Source: Psammoneis japonica (lineage: Eukaryota). Taken from it: DNA of 64,000 nt. A model generated the notes under the pieces. That model searched no databases. It was not told where the DNA came from and worked only from the letters and a program-made list of their open reading frames with translations. The first letter of the stretch is position 1, and every line of letters starts with the position of its first letter. The position numbers and the translations under genes were made by a program. Where the stretch lies: the NCBI GenBank assembly GCA_008632985.1, contig QPGO01000048.1, forward strand, positions 186,001 to 250,000, given 5' to 3'. Below, in pieces: positions 11,784-23,980 of this stretch.

Positions 11784-14266
11784 TCAGTTGTCTTTAGCAA
11801 GGGCGCCTCCGTCAACTTCGTCGTCAGTTATTGGCTCTCCGTCAACGTCTTCGTCCTCTAAAGGCTCGCCATCGATATCGTCTTCGTCAAGCTGCGTTCC
11901 ATCAATATCTTCCTCGCCAGACGTACCAGCAGCATCCGCTTCCTCATTCTCCATGACGATCTCCTTCACTCCATGTTCGTCTGGATGATCCGTAACTTCT
12001 TGCCAATCGCCACGTGGTTTATCAAAGATTACTACGTTATCCAGATCAGATTCTTCGTTTTCAGGTGTAGGAGATTCAGGGGCGTCTTTCCCACTGTCTT
12101 TGTCTTTCTCGAGCTGAACAACCTCCTTGCCTTCAAAACGATCTTGGAGTTCATCCAAAAACGTCGCGGTGTAGACGCTCCAATTCGTCCAGGCACTCAA
12201 TACAGAGCCAACAGCATTCTTTAGCTTGTTCAACGTCATTCGACCAGTCCTTCCCTTTCCGTGTTTCCCCAAGCTCGTAAACACATCTGGCGCCATTGCT
12301 TCGATAGCGCTACGATACAAGAAAGCATTTCGCACCCCAGGCTGCTGCGAGTTGAAAAGCACGTCCGAGAGTAGAAACAGTCTCGCAATCCTTGTTTCCA
12401 CGCTGATTCCCACAGAATCTTCCAGCAGAGTCTCCTTCAAGAGATCCGCAATCTGTTTCGCAGCTCCGCTCTTGTCGTAGCAAAACGCCATTGCCTCGCA
12501 TATTGCTTCTCGAGAAGCACATAGGTTCTTCCTGATGAGCAAATGAAACTGCTTCATTTCTTCCTCTGTCAACTCGGCTCCACCATCTGATGCGCCAGCG
12601 ACGGCTCGTCCAAATTTGGCTTGTTCAAGTTGACGTCCAGTCATGAATTTGGCACTGGCCACTCGCCGCCTTTGTTCCTTTCGATGACGAATATGCTCTT
12701 CTTTCTCGACTTCGGCTTGCTTTTCAAGGAAGGCAGCTTCGCGATTAAGTGGCGGAGGTATCCAAAATCGACCGTAATGCTTTGTCATTACAAAGGGCTC
12801 TGTTCTCCACGAGTTAACTCCATCGCCCTGGCAAAAGGCAAAAACTCTCCAACGATAGAAAACGTGTTCATCTCTCTGCCTTTCATCAGCGCCGTCCATA
12901 GTGAGGAAAGAGAAGTCGGGATTGCCCGACTGCCGTTCGATCAAATGGCCCTCAAGCGCCGCACCGTCTTTTGCGACAAAGGAAGCAACCGTGGTTATAA
13001 AGCGCTGGCGCTGCGGGTCACGTGGTAACTGTACTCGAACCGCGGACACGGCATCAATCGAGGGGTTGTACTCCAACGCTTTTGACGGAGTATGAGAAAG
13101 TTCATTACCAACGTGCTGTGGACGAAAACCTCGCTCTCCTAAACCGTCATTTGACGTTTGGCGTGGGTCCTCAACTTTCCTTCTTTTGCTGCCATCGTGG
13201 CTGAAAGCGCCTCCGTCCATCGACTTTTTCCGAATCGGAGCGATTGGTACTCCACCAGTGCCACGCTTGACAATCTTCTTAACATTCTTTCCCCATCTCA
13301 TCATCAGGCGTCGCCCAACGTTGAATGGATCAGTCTCACTAAATGCATCCATTGCTTCTTCTGCGTCCTCTCGGGACATAAAGCACACAAAACCGGTATT
13401 TCTGTTCCGCGCCCTTTCCTCGTTCGTTCGAGGCCACATGATCTTAACCGAATACTTGGAGATCAAAAATCGAATTATTAATGAGTTAGGCATTGCGGCA
13501 GCGGGCAAATCAGAAAGAGAGCATAAAGAGAGAAAACAAAGAATGGCTTGTTCTGTCGTGTTAGTCGCATATTTCATAGATAATAGAAACGTTCGATCGA
13601 GGGGTTTGTCCAGTCCACGATCTCCCATGAGAGCCCAAGGAAGCACGTGTTTTGTCTCACCAAGTCACCTGTGAAATAAAACATGGGAATGTCCCAAACA
13701 CAAAGTAAGATAAAATGCTACGAAAAGAATAAGCCACTATACTGTAGACACACATGCTAACGCGAATTGCGACTATGGAACTAGACGCAACGAACTTGCG
13801 AGTACGAGTAGCCCTCACCAAACTGCCGAAACATTTCTGTCACTTCTTCTTCCGTAAGAGATGGATCGAGATTACCAACAAAAATGTTTGTAGTCAAATG
13901 TTCTTCTCCAGGTTCAACGAAACTTCCTTTCTTCTCCGGCACGAATCCATCTCGAGATCTGGGTTGGCGCGTTGACCCAGCTGTGATCTTGTCGGCCTCA
14001 AGTCCTTGAAACAACGCATCCATTTTCGCTTTCCGACTATCACTGGCTCCATGGTGGCGTTTCATAGAAGACGTCTGCGCCGAGGGTAGTTGTGTCGAAT
14101 CATTCTTCTGTTGAACGACTTGTTGCACAGCACATTTCGTCTCTTGCTGTGAGGACTTTTCGGCCACTCTCTTTGTCGGCTGAGACATGGCAGCAAATGC
14201 ATCCTCCTCATCAGAAGACGAGGATGATTCCCCGGACGGCGGAGGTGCTTGACGACGTCTGATCAT
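11784..14266 (-). CDS. U2SURP: U2 snRNP-associated SURP motif protein (SR140); 3 exons (14266-13819, 13668-13661, 13454-11784)
   Basis: RRM TTNIFVGNL...SVKIMWPRTNEERARNRNTGFVCFM; SURP region HVFYRWRVF; CID region IARLFLLSDVLFNS; C-terminal DIDGEPL repeats. Confidence 0.93.
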
Positions 14267-14359
14267 CTCATTGACGACTCTGAGACTGGCGGTTCTTCGG
14301 CACGACGGCGACCGACAACAGACAATTTAACTTTGAGACCAAACAAACAAGAAGGCGTT

Positions 14360-17300
14360 ATGCGTGGCACACACGCACCATAGCATGCTCAATGCATCTC
14401 ATGGACGAACTCCGCTCCAAGCAACGCATCGCATGCATGCTACGCATGCAAGAAAAAATGCAGGTCTGTCAATCGCCCGACGTCCGTCCTTTGCTTCACT
14501 GCCCGCTACAAACGCCAAACGCACTTGCTTTCTCCCCTCACAACACTGACCAATGCAACCCCTCGAGGAAAAAAAGGCCTTGCCATTTGAAGCGCGACAA
14601 CTGCGATTGGATGCCTCACTGAACGGCTGTGTCTCATTGTCTTCATAACCATGCTCGCAGAGAGCAGTGACAAAATGTTTGAAGCTCAGATGATGGCATT
14701 GTTGTGTGGCTGGTGTTTGTCAATCTCAGGAGAGGGAAGGGCGGGCATCTGCAGTGTTCTTGGGCTTCACTCAGATGTCCATCACTGGCAAAATAGGACT
14801 TGGCAATTTTTCCACAAGTGTTGTAAAATTTCTCATCAGCATCATCTTCATCATGCACGACCTCCTCTCTGGTCAACTTGACAATGGTGCTGCGCACTTT
14901 GTCCAGCTCACAAAAAACAGACTTGTGCAACAGGTGAAGAGCACACAATGTGTCATGCAATTTGTTGTCATGACAATGTGCTCTGTCTTGCAGTTCTTGT
15001 CTTTGTGCTTTGTCACCCAATTCTTCATGAACTGACAAAGTTGAGTGAGATGTGATTCCATGGTTTTTTCATCCATTGTTGTGTCAGACAATGAGCCCTG
15101 ACATGCCAGCCATTCTCTTTTGGATCCTCGCCATTGTCAAAACTGACTCTCATGGTGACATCTGAGAAAGTTGAAAATCATGACCAATGGCATCAATGGT
15201 TTGATTGTTTTGTCTCACACTCAGAAGAAACCACACCTGTTTTTGAGGATGACAAAGTGTGGAGTGAGATTCTTTCACACTTTCAACAAATCAAAGGCTG
15301 GCTGGAGATGATGCAAAGGTGGTCAACAAGTGCATGAATGTTTCTGGGCTCAGCAATGCTGAAACAAAGAAAAGTGACATCCCTGGCAATGCAGCCCACT
15401 CTGCTGTTGCCACCAATGTTGACAAAAGTGCTGTCGATTGCGGCATTTTCAAGAAGGTGCTGGAGAAGGAGACATGCTGAAAATCTGTTCCACAGCCACC
15501 TCCAACCCACACCATTGTGAGACCCACACAAGCAACCTCAAGTGGAAAAAGTGGAACACTGGGTGAGAGCATGTGGATTTTTTCCAAGATGACCTGTCAA
15601 AGGACTTTTTGTTTGCAGGATGCTCATGTCAAGCAGGCTGGGAATGAATCAAGGCACGTGGACCCGCTTCTCAAGCTTTGCCATGTGGCCACCACCATCT
15701 GGCAATGAAAAGCCTCAACAAGGAGGATGTGAAGAAAAAGAAAGCTGGTGGTGCTGCCAGCTTTTTCAATGGAGTTGAGCTAAAAGAAGGCATTTCTTTG
15801 GATGATTTGGAGTTGATGAGAATTGCCGGTTGGTTGTTGGGTGAGGTCAGCCTGTGTTTTGCAAGTTGAGTCCATTGTCTTGAGGCATGAGAAGAAGATG
15901 GGGTGGGAGCAAAAGGTCTTTTTCATGCAACTCAAAAAGAGAAAGAGAGAAACGTGCTGTCAACTTTCCTGCTCTCCCTGTGGTGGGTTTCATTGACAAA
16001 AGAACTCTGAAAATCAGCAAGAGGCTGCAACAGATGACCCAGCTCCCAGTTTTGTGCAACAGTGCAACACACCTGCTCACAAGTTCCAGGAGAGGACAGT
16101 TGAGAACCTGGTTGTTGACAACTTTGATTGCAGGGTCAACTGTGTTCATGTGATGTTCTGTCTGCTAAAGTCACAACAAGAAAGGGGCTTTCTGTTGGGA
16201 AGAAGCTTGATGGCAGAAAATGAAGGGAGTGCTGTTGGTGTTGAGTGAGTTTCTTGGTCCACTCCAGGCACACAAGAGGGCTCCAAGAAGGTTCTCACAG
16301 GCTTCTGCTGCACCAAGTGACCATGCAAGATACTGCAATTGAAGGTTGTCATCATCAAACATTGATTGTCACAACATGGTGGCAACAACCCAGACTTGTG
16401 TCATGTGATTGCCCTTGTCATGCATGAAAAAAAGAGGGTTGAGTTGTTTGCACACAATCTCTTGTTTGAAAGTGAGCCTTGCAAGCAAAAAGCACAAAAT
16501 CAAAAATCCATCATCTCCGTGAAAAGAAGTTCTGCATCACATCCACAGATGTGGGCAAATGATTGACAGACAACAGCAACTGGCACTCAAGTTGCAGCCA
16601 ACCTCTCACAACAAGGAGCTTGTTGGCAGATGAAGACAATGATGGTGGCAATCATGCCATTGACCGCCACTCTCTCTTTGCAGAGCACTGCCAGGCAGGC
16701 AGGTTGGGCAGCTTGTGACTGCACAAAAGACATTTGTGCCAAGCAGCATGGTCAGCCACTTTGCCCCAGAGTCCAGAGAAGACAGCTGAGTCATGAGCCT
16801 GAGATGCTTGGGCTCTTCAGGAAGCAAAAACAGCAGCAGAGCTGCACACTGCCCCAACATTCTCAAACACATGCCAGCCACAAACACTCACTGCAGTGGC
16901 AAAATAGAAGATCCCAAGCCAAAAGCACCAGCCAGGCAAACCACCAGAAACCAGCTGCAAAAGTCAACAAAAGAAAAGGCAAGCTCCTGTGATGCAATGA
17001 TCTTCTTCAGTTGCCAGAAAATCACTGCCACTTGGAAAGTGGAGACTGGCAGAATTTTGCTCAAGAGGTGAGGCAAATGTTTTTCAACTGTGAGAAGGTG
17101 CAACAAGAGGGCAAAAAACTCAAACTCTTCAGGGGAAAGATGGGTCCAATGATGCTTGCCATTGAAGCTGAGCTGCTGTGGTGGGTGGGTCATCTTGCAC
17201 ACCCCTCTTGGTGATGGCACAGGCAGCTGTGCCTTGTTTTCAGAGTTGTGGAATTTTCAGGAAGCTGTGCTTTTGGAAAAAAAAATGCTGGTGCTGGCAT

Positions 17301-17989
17301 TGTCAAAGCATGAGGGAAGCTGCCAAATTTTGTTGTTGCAGCATGTTTTTTCTCTCCGGGGGGGGGGGGGGGGGGGGAGCAGTGGCTCAGCTTGCAATGA
17401 AAGGTGAGTGTGCATGCAAGCATTCATGCCAGCACTGTTTTGTGGCTCTGGTCAAAATGGTGTGCCAGCTTTGCAAGCTGAGGCTCATGAGAACATTGCA
17501 GCTCATCTGAGTGTGGGTGGTGCAAGAGCTCAAGGCACCTTGCTTCTCAATTGCCAACAGAAAGGAGCAGGCTTTCCTGGGGGGTCTTGCCCCTCAAATG
17601 CCCCAGAAGCCCATCACCAGGGCAAGGCTGCAGAAGTGACGTGCGGGGGCACTGGATGGACATTGTGACAAACAAATCACACTTTGCAATCAAGCAAATG
17701 GGCTGATGGCATGGCAGCCAAGTTCAAGAAGAAAAACAGAAAATGAGTTTTTCCACCCTCCTCACAAGAGGCATCATGAACAAGTTTGCTCCAACAGCGG
17801 CACAAGGGCCAACTTTTGAGGAGCAGCAGAAAAAGACACAAGCACGCAAGTGTCGCTGAGTGGGACTTGGTTGGCTGTGCATGCCTGCCTTTCAACAACA
17901 AAGATGAGAACAAGCATTTTCCCAGTTGCCAAAACAGCCAATTTTTTTCGTGGTGCTCTGCCAGGCATGTCACATGCCCCCCTGCTGTC

Positions 17990-18022
<33 letters not shown>

Positions 18023-21000
18023 CTGGGAATGCAGTGTTCACCATTTCCAACACTTGGTCTGCCTCTGCTGCCATTTTTTCCAGTCTCTCTCATGGACCCA
18101 CAAGTTTCCCCCTCACAGCTTCCACAATTGCTGAAATGAAGCTGGGCTGCACATTCAATGGACTTTGGTCCAAAACAATCTTGTCATTCTTGCACCTGTT
18201 GTGATGCAAGATCAGGGGTTGTGTGGAGGGTGCAACATGCAACAAAGACAAAAAAGTGTGGGCCAGCTTTTCAAAAGCCTGGCTCTGTGCTTCATGATGC
18301 CAAACACGCTCATGCTCACACACCCAAAATGGAGCCACTTGCCAAGCCACTCTTGGCTGGAAACACCAGGGTTGGCCAATTGAGAAATCAGCTGTCAGAT
18401 GTCAAGCATTGCTTGGGAGCTTCATGTTGGTCTCAACAGTCCACTTTTTATGGCAACCGGAGAAACCTCTTTTTGCAAGCAAGTCTTTTGCTGTCCCCTT
18501 GCTCCTGATGCAGCACTCTCTCCAATTGGTGTGAGCAGCAAGCCAGGCCATAGATGAACAACCCTCTTTTCCATGTGCCCTCCTGAGCTGTGGCAAGTTG
18601 GACAGCTGCCGTGGCTCACACAGACCATGTCAGTGAGACCCTGACATCTGACATGCCCCACAAGACCAACAGCAGCACGCTCCCAGTCCTTGACTGCTTT
18701 GACAAATTTGTCACCACACAGGGCACTTCAACAAACAAGAAGTCATTGAATGGCCTGATGCTGCATTGGCACCACAGCTTTCTAACCATGCTCTGTGCTT
18801 GTCCTCACTTGCAGCAATCCTCCGTGTGGCACAGCACACTGACTGAGGAGAAGCAACTCCAGGTTGCACACTCCAGCACATGGGCTGATTTTGGCAATTG
18901 ACATGCCAACCACCTTCTTGCCACTTCTCCCAAACTTGGCTCACAACAAAGTTTTGCATTTTCTTTTAACAACCACAGCTCAAGCCTTGCAAAGCTTCTG
19001 CTGATGGCCCAGGGCTTGTCAGGCTCTGAAAACTGCCTTGGCTTGCTTCAAAAAGTGCACCCGCCAATGTGGCTGCTCCTTGTTGGAGCTCTTTGACAAC
19101 AATGCCACCATCTCTTCCCTTCTTGGGCCAGCTCATTGTCAACTTCAGTCATGATCATCATCCATCTGTGGTTGGTCCTCCCTTGAGCCAAGCTGCCAAA
19201 TGACCCCTTGCAACATTCAGCAAGCAACAGCATGTCAGCTTCAAATGGAGCCCATTTTCACAATTGACATCTGACAAGATTTGGGTTGGCCGATCTCACA
19301 TTGCTCACCACTGCAACCTTTTTGCAAAAGATCTTGTCAATCATTTGCCCAACTCTGTGTTGCAACAATTGCATGCAGGTTGTTCTCTTGCCCTCTTTGG
19401 GCCATTTGCTGCAGGCAAAAAAGGCTTGAAAAATGCAAGCATCTTGCTCTTTGATCAAAACACCTGACAAGCAGAAGTCACCTGCCCTCATTGGTGGCCC
19501 CTTAATCTCATGTCCATGTCAAGAAATCTTGAGGCCTCTCTTTCTTGGCTGACTTCAGGTGCCACTCAAGCAACAGCCACACTGTGCAAAAGCTTGAGTT
19601 CTCATGGTCTTTGGCTGTGGCTTGAGCTTGACCAGCATCTCTGTGCACTCAAAGCTGTCAACTCAAAGCTTCTGCATTGCCACACAGCTTGCATGGTGTG
19701 TCATGAAACAAAAAGCAGTTGTCTGTGTGCAGATTTTTTCTCACACTTTTCTGGCTGCCATCTGCTTTCAACCACGAGCCTGGCCAGATCTTGGCCATTG
19801 TGATGTGCATGCAGTGGATGATCCCCATGCTCAGCACCTGTGCCAAATCTGTGCATGGCAATGAAACAAAGCAAACAAACACACTCTCCTTTTTGAGCTC
19901 TGGAGTGAGACTGGTCTCCACGGCAATGCCCCAGTTTGTGCCAGCGTCAAAGAGAGCTGGCGTCCCCCCCATGCCCATCTTTCATGTGTGCAGCAAATGC
20001 CACAGCAATGTGCAGCATCATTGCTTGTTCATGATCAATCTTTGCACAATTTTCACAATGAAGCTTGACTGCTGAACTTCAAACTTGCTTTTTGCCACTT
20101 TCTTGGGGCCCTTGCCATCACATCAGCACACCCAGTTGACCCTCCATGTGTCTGGCACAAATGTGTGTGCCATGCACTGCCTTTCATCTGTCCAGGCCAT
20201 CAATCCCTGGACTCTGCTGGATGTGAGCACATTTCATTGTCAGGAAAAGTGCACATTTCATTCTGATCAAACACACAAAAGACAGCAGAACTTGGTCTGT
20301 GTTGTGGTGTTTGCAATCAGGTGGGGGTTGATGATCCTGCACATTGCCAGAGTTGTGCTCAGGGAGGGGCACCTCTTGTGTTGGAACAAGAGCTTGGTCT
20401 CAGAGTCAAAAAATGAAAGAGGAGCCAACAAGTGGCTGCCTCATCACTGCTCACATCACAGTGCTTTGCTTCAGAGCATCAACTTCTCACTTGCTCTTTT
20501 TCTTCATCTGACTCTGTTTTGCTTTTGGAGAAGAGCACCAGCAACCCTTTTGAAATGTTTGAGAACAACAGCTTTTCATCAAGGATGGCATTTTTCATCT
20601 CAACTGCCTTGCCCAAGTCAAGTTGAAAGCCACTGAAACATGTGCAAGAAAGCATCTCCAGCAAGCACAGATCCCCCTTTTTTGTGGCTTGTTCTTTGTT
20701 GCAGGCTGTCTTTGCTCATCCAAAGCAGAGTTCAAAGAAGAAAGCAACAACTTTTTTTGAACTGCATGTTGTTGTCCAAATGATGTCATGGACCTTTTGA
20801 CTCTCTGACAAAAACTCTGTGCTTGTCATCAACCTCACTTTCAGCAACAAATTGTGCAACAGCTCACCTCAAAGCAGTGCACCCATTTTTGGCTTTTTTG
20901 CAATGCTCAAGTGCTGGCACTGTGTCAGCATGTTTTTGGGCCTTTCACACATTTTTTCTCACCCATCTTTCTTTCATTGCACAGTTCTTTTGGAGCTGTT

Positions 21001-22700
21001 GTGCAGCTGGCATTTGCTGTTGGTGTTTGCACAACATCTGCTGTGTTGCTCACACCCTTCTGATGATGTTCCTCCCAAAGTGAGCTGACACAAAATGGCA
21101 AGCTTCCCCATGTGGAACCTGTGGCGCCACACTTGTCAACAATGCATCAGGTGCCTCTCAATGCACACTGCTGCCAGCAAGTTCCAACTGTGCTTGAGCA
21201 ACAACTGGGTGTGTGTGCTTTTATGGCCACCAGCAAGCCCTCATGCAGCCTTGAACAACTTTCCACAACCACCTCTGTGCACTTTGTTTGCAGACATTTT
21301 TGACTTGCTGCACTCTTTGTTGAGGAGCTCTCTATTGCCAGTGCCTCTTTCTTCCCATTTTGGCTTGTTTTTGTCTTTTTGGCTGCTGCAAGGAATGACA
21401 GCACTGTGCCAAAAGCCATCTTCTGCCTGTGTGGCTTTTCTCTCCCTTTGTTTGTCTTTTGCATCATCAAGTGGTGTCTCCAATGTGCTGAGAACAAAAG
21501 CAGTGTGAGAAGATCAATTGTGTTGCAGGCTGAAGCAGCAAGAAATTCTGTTTTTGATGTTTTTTCTGGCTTGCTGTGTTTTGTTGCTTTTGCTGCTCTT
21601 TGACTGCTGTCTCTCTCTCTCTCCTTCTCTCTCTCACACACATTTTTAGACTTCTTGCTTGCTTTTGCATCTTGTGCACATGGAGGGGACTGTGCAGGGC
21701 AAGCTGCATTGGCTGGCTTCTGAGGTGTGTTGTTTGATTGCTGCAAAATGTCCCCTTGCACATTTTTCCAAGACTTGCTTTGTTTCTGCTCTTTGTTGGC
21801 TTGGGCATTTGATGCACAATGATGCTTCATCATCATCTTGGCATCTCAACTGGGCTTTGCTGCTTGCCGCAGCACCAGTTGAGAAGGCTGCACCTGCATG
21901 TCCACACATTGCCTCTTGCTGACACCCACTCTCTGGCGACTCTTGTCCAATGGCTTCAAATGAACTGACAATTTCTCAGGGACTTCCAATCTGTTGCCAG
22001 TCAAAACCTTTCTCTCAGCACAGTCTCAGTCAGACTCAACACCATGCTGCAGGCCACCACATGGCCAAAATTTGGTGTGCCGCAGGCTGTTCAAAACCCA
22101 ACATGACTTTGTCTTTGTCAGATGCATCATCTGCAGTCCCCCCCCCCCCCCCCCCCTCCACAAAAGCTCAGCCAGCTGCTGTGCTGGACAGCAGCATGCC
22201 GTGCAGCAGGCGGCTCACCCGCCCCTGGGGGTCTGCAATGAAAGACACCAGCAGGAGATCCAAACTCAGGCAGCCCAAGACACAATGGCAAAACACCATC
22301 ATGAGTGCAGCAGCTCTCACTGTGTTTGGGTGCACCCTTCGGTCAGACTTGGAGTTCTTGCCCAAACTTGTTTGGGGGCTCCCTTGTAAAAAAAAGTGGG
22401 TGGGTGCTCCACGGCAGCTGAGCTCATGCTGGAAGGAACTGGGCTCATCTGCCTTGAAACACTGCCTTCTGTTTCTTGCATGACAAGCATTGATGTGATG
22501 CTCGGAGTGCACCCAACAACAAGGACACATCTCTTCTGGGGGTTTGGGGGCATGGGGAAGAAGAGAGGAGCTGCTCTCACTGCGTTGTTGCTGTGTCTGC
22601 TCCTGTTGGGTTTTTGAGTGCCAGGTGTGCACAGGCTGTGTACACACAGAAATCACACATTCGAGAAACATTTGGTGGCACAGTGGAATCGTGCAATGAT
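14360..22700. repeat. TpA/CpG-depleted degenerate repeat/transposon domain 2 (~8.3 kb)
   Basis: By eye fewer than about 20 TA in 14640-22650, and CG also rare. No credible ORF. Contains a G-run (~17357-17377), (CTG)10 (~17991-18020) and a C-run (~22138-22156). Confidence 0.7.
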
Positions 22701-22978
22701 CCGCAGGATGGAGTGCCCTTCCCTTTGTTTCCAGGTCCCTGGTGTCGCGTCGAGAGATAGATAGACCCCCTCCTCCCGCCCGTCTGTGCTGTGCGAAAAT
22801 CTCATTCTCAATCGAAGCACCCGGAAGTTGAACGACTGACGTAGGTCACGTGCGCGATCTCTGACAAAAGCGGAACGGAAAACACGATGATGGACGTGTG
22901 ACGACTGTTGACTCTACGGTAGACACAGCAACCATCATACCTCGCTTCTCGATTATTGCATTTCACTACCTTTTCAAG

Positions 22979-23791
22979 ATGAAGATTGCCGCTGCTTGTC
23001 TCTTGTTGTTGCCAGCCACCACTGCTTTCAGCGTGGTGGCGCCGATCTCGCGTCGGTCCGCCTCTTCACTCTGTGCTACGGCCGCGGCTAAGTCATACGA
23101 GGAGGATTTGGCTTTGACCATCAAAATCATCTTGGATCACCAGGACGTTCTGCGACGGCATCGAAGGATCAGTTTATCAGTCAAATGAGTGAAGCTGAGG
23201 AGATTGAGGAACCTCCGGAGCCAGTGGATCTCAGCATCCCATACGATGCAGCAGCGCGATTGGCCTACGAAGCTTCGGACAAAAAGATGGAGTACGACGC
23301 CTTCAAAACAAAGTTTGAAGCAGATGCTGTCGCCGACGTAATCGCCAAGCAACCGGTAGATGTGTCCATTCCTTATGATGCGCCCGCTCGACTTGCCTAT
23401 GAAGCCACTGATAAGAAGATGGACTATGCGGATTTCAAGGCTAAGTTCGAAGCCGATGCCGTCGCTGATGTCATTGCGAAGCAGCCAGTCGATGTCTCTA
23501 TTCCATATGATGCGCCCGCGCGACTCGCATATGAGGCGACCGACAAAAAGATGGATTACGCTGTCTTCAAAACCAAGTTTGAAGCCGATGCTGTCGCCGA
23601 CGTCGTTGCAAAGCAACCTGCTAAGGAAGAACAGCCCCAGCGCTGAACCTTCGTCCGACTTGTCCATCCCATATGATGCCGCGGCCAAGCTTGCATACGA
23701 GGCGAGCGATAAGTCCATGAAGTACGAAGATTTCAAGACCAAATTCGAGTCCGACGCAGTGGCCGACGTGATTGCCAAGCAGAACAAGTAG
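22979..23791 (+). CDS. Plastid-targeted protein with four 44-aa tandem repeats (DxSIPYDAxARLAYE...FKxKFEADAVADVIAKQ); two single-base frameshifts
   Basis: Signal peptide MKIAAACLLLLPATTA-FSV then a Ser/Arg-rich transit peptide. Repeat starts at ~23224, 23356, 23488, 23654. Frame shifts near 23145 and 23638. Confidence 0.8.
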
Positions 23792-23980
23792 GTGCTGTAT
23801 AGACAAAGGAGATCGGCCAGATAGAATAACAATAATGGATCGTGAACTGCGAGCGCTGGATTGTTCATCTCTGCTCTTCTCTTTCAAGAACTTCATAACA
23901 GGCAAATCGTTGTGGTGGCAAGAGACCATAAGCGACTTTCAAAGGAAAATACAAGTTCCGCCAAAGAGACCCTGTCACCA

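Noticed and set aside
17357..22156. G-run and C-run as terminal inverted repeats of one element
   Set aside because: The flanks of the two homopolymers are not reverse complements.
14640..22650. Dozens of 60-230 aa Cys/His-rich ORFs on both strands (likewise at 1-4.7 kb and 55.6-61.6 kb)
   Set aside because: Expected artefact of TAA/TAG loss and TG/CA excess. They overlap in all frames and contain no domain motifs.
23224..23791. Regularly spaced repeats as a CRISPR-like array
   Set aside because: They are 132-bp in-frame coding repeats with synonymous divergence and no unique spacers, in a eukaryotic context.
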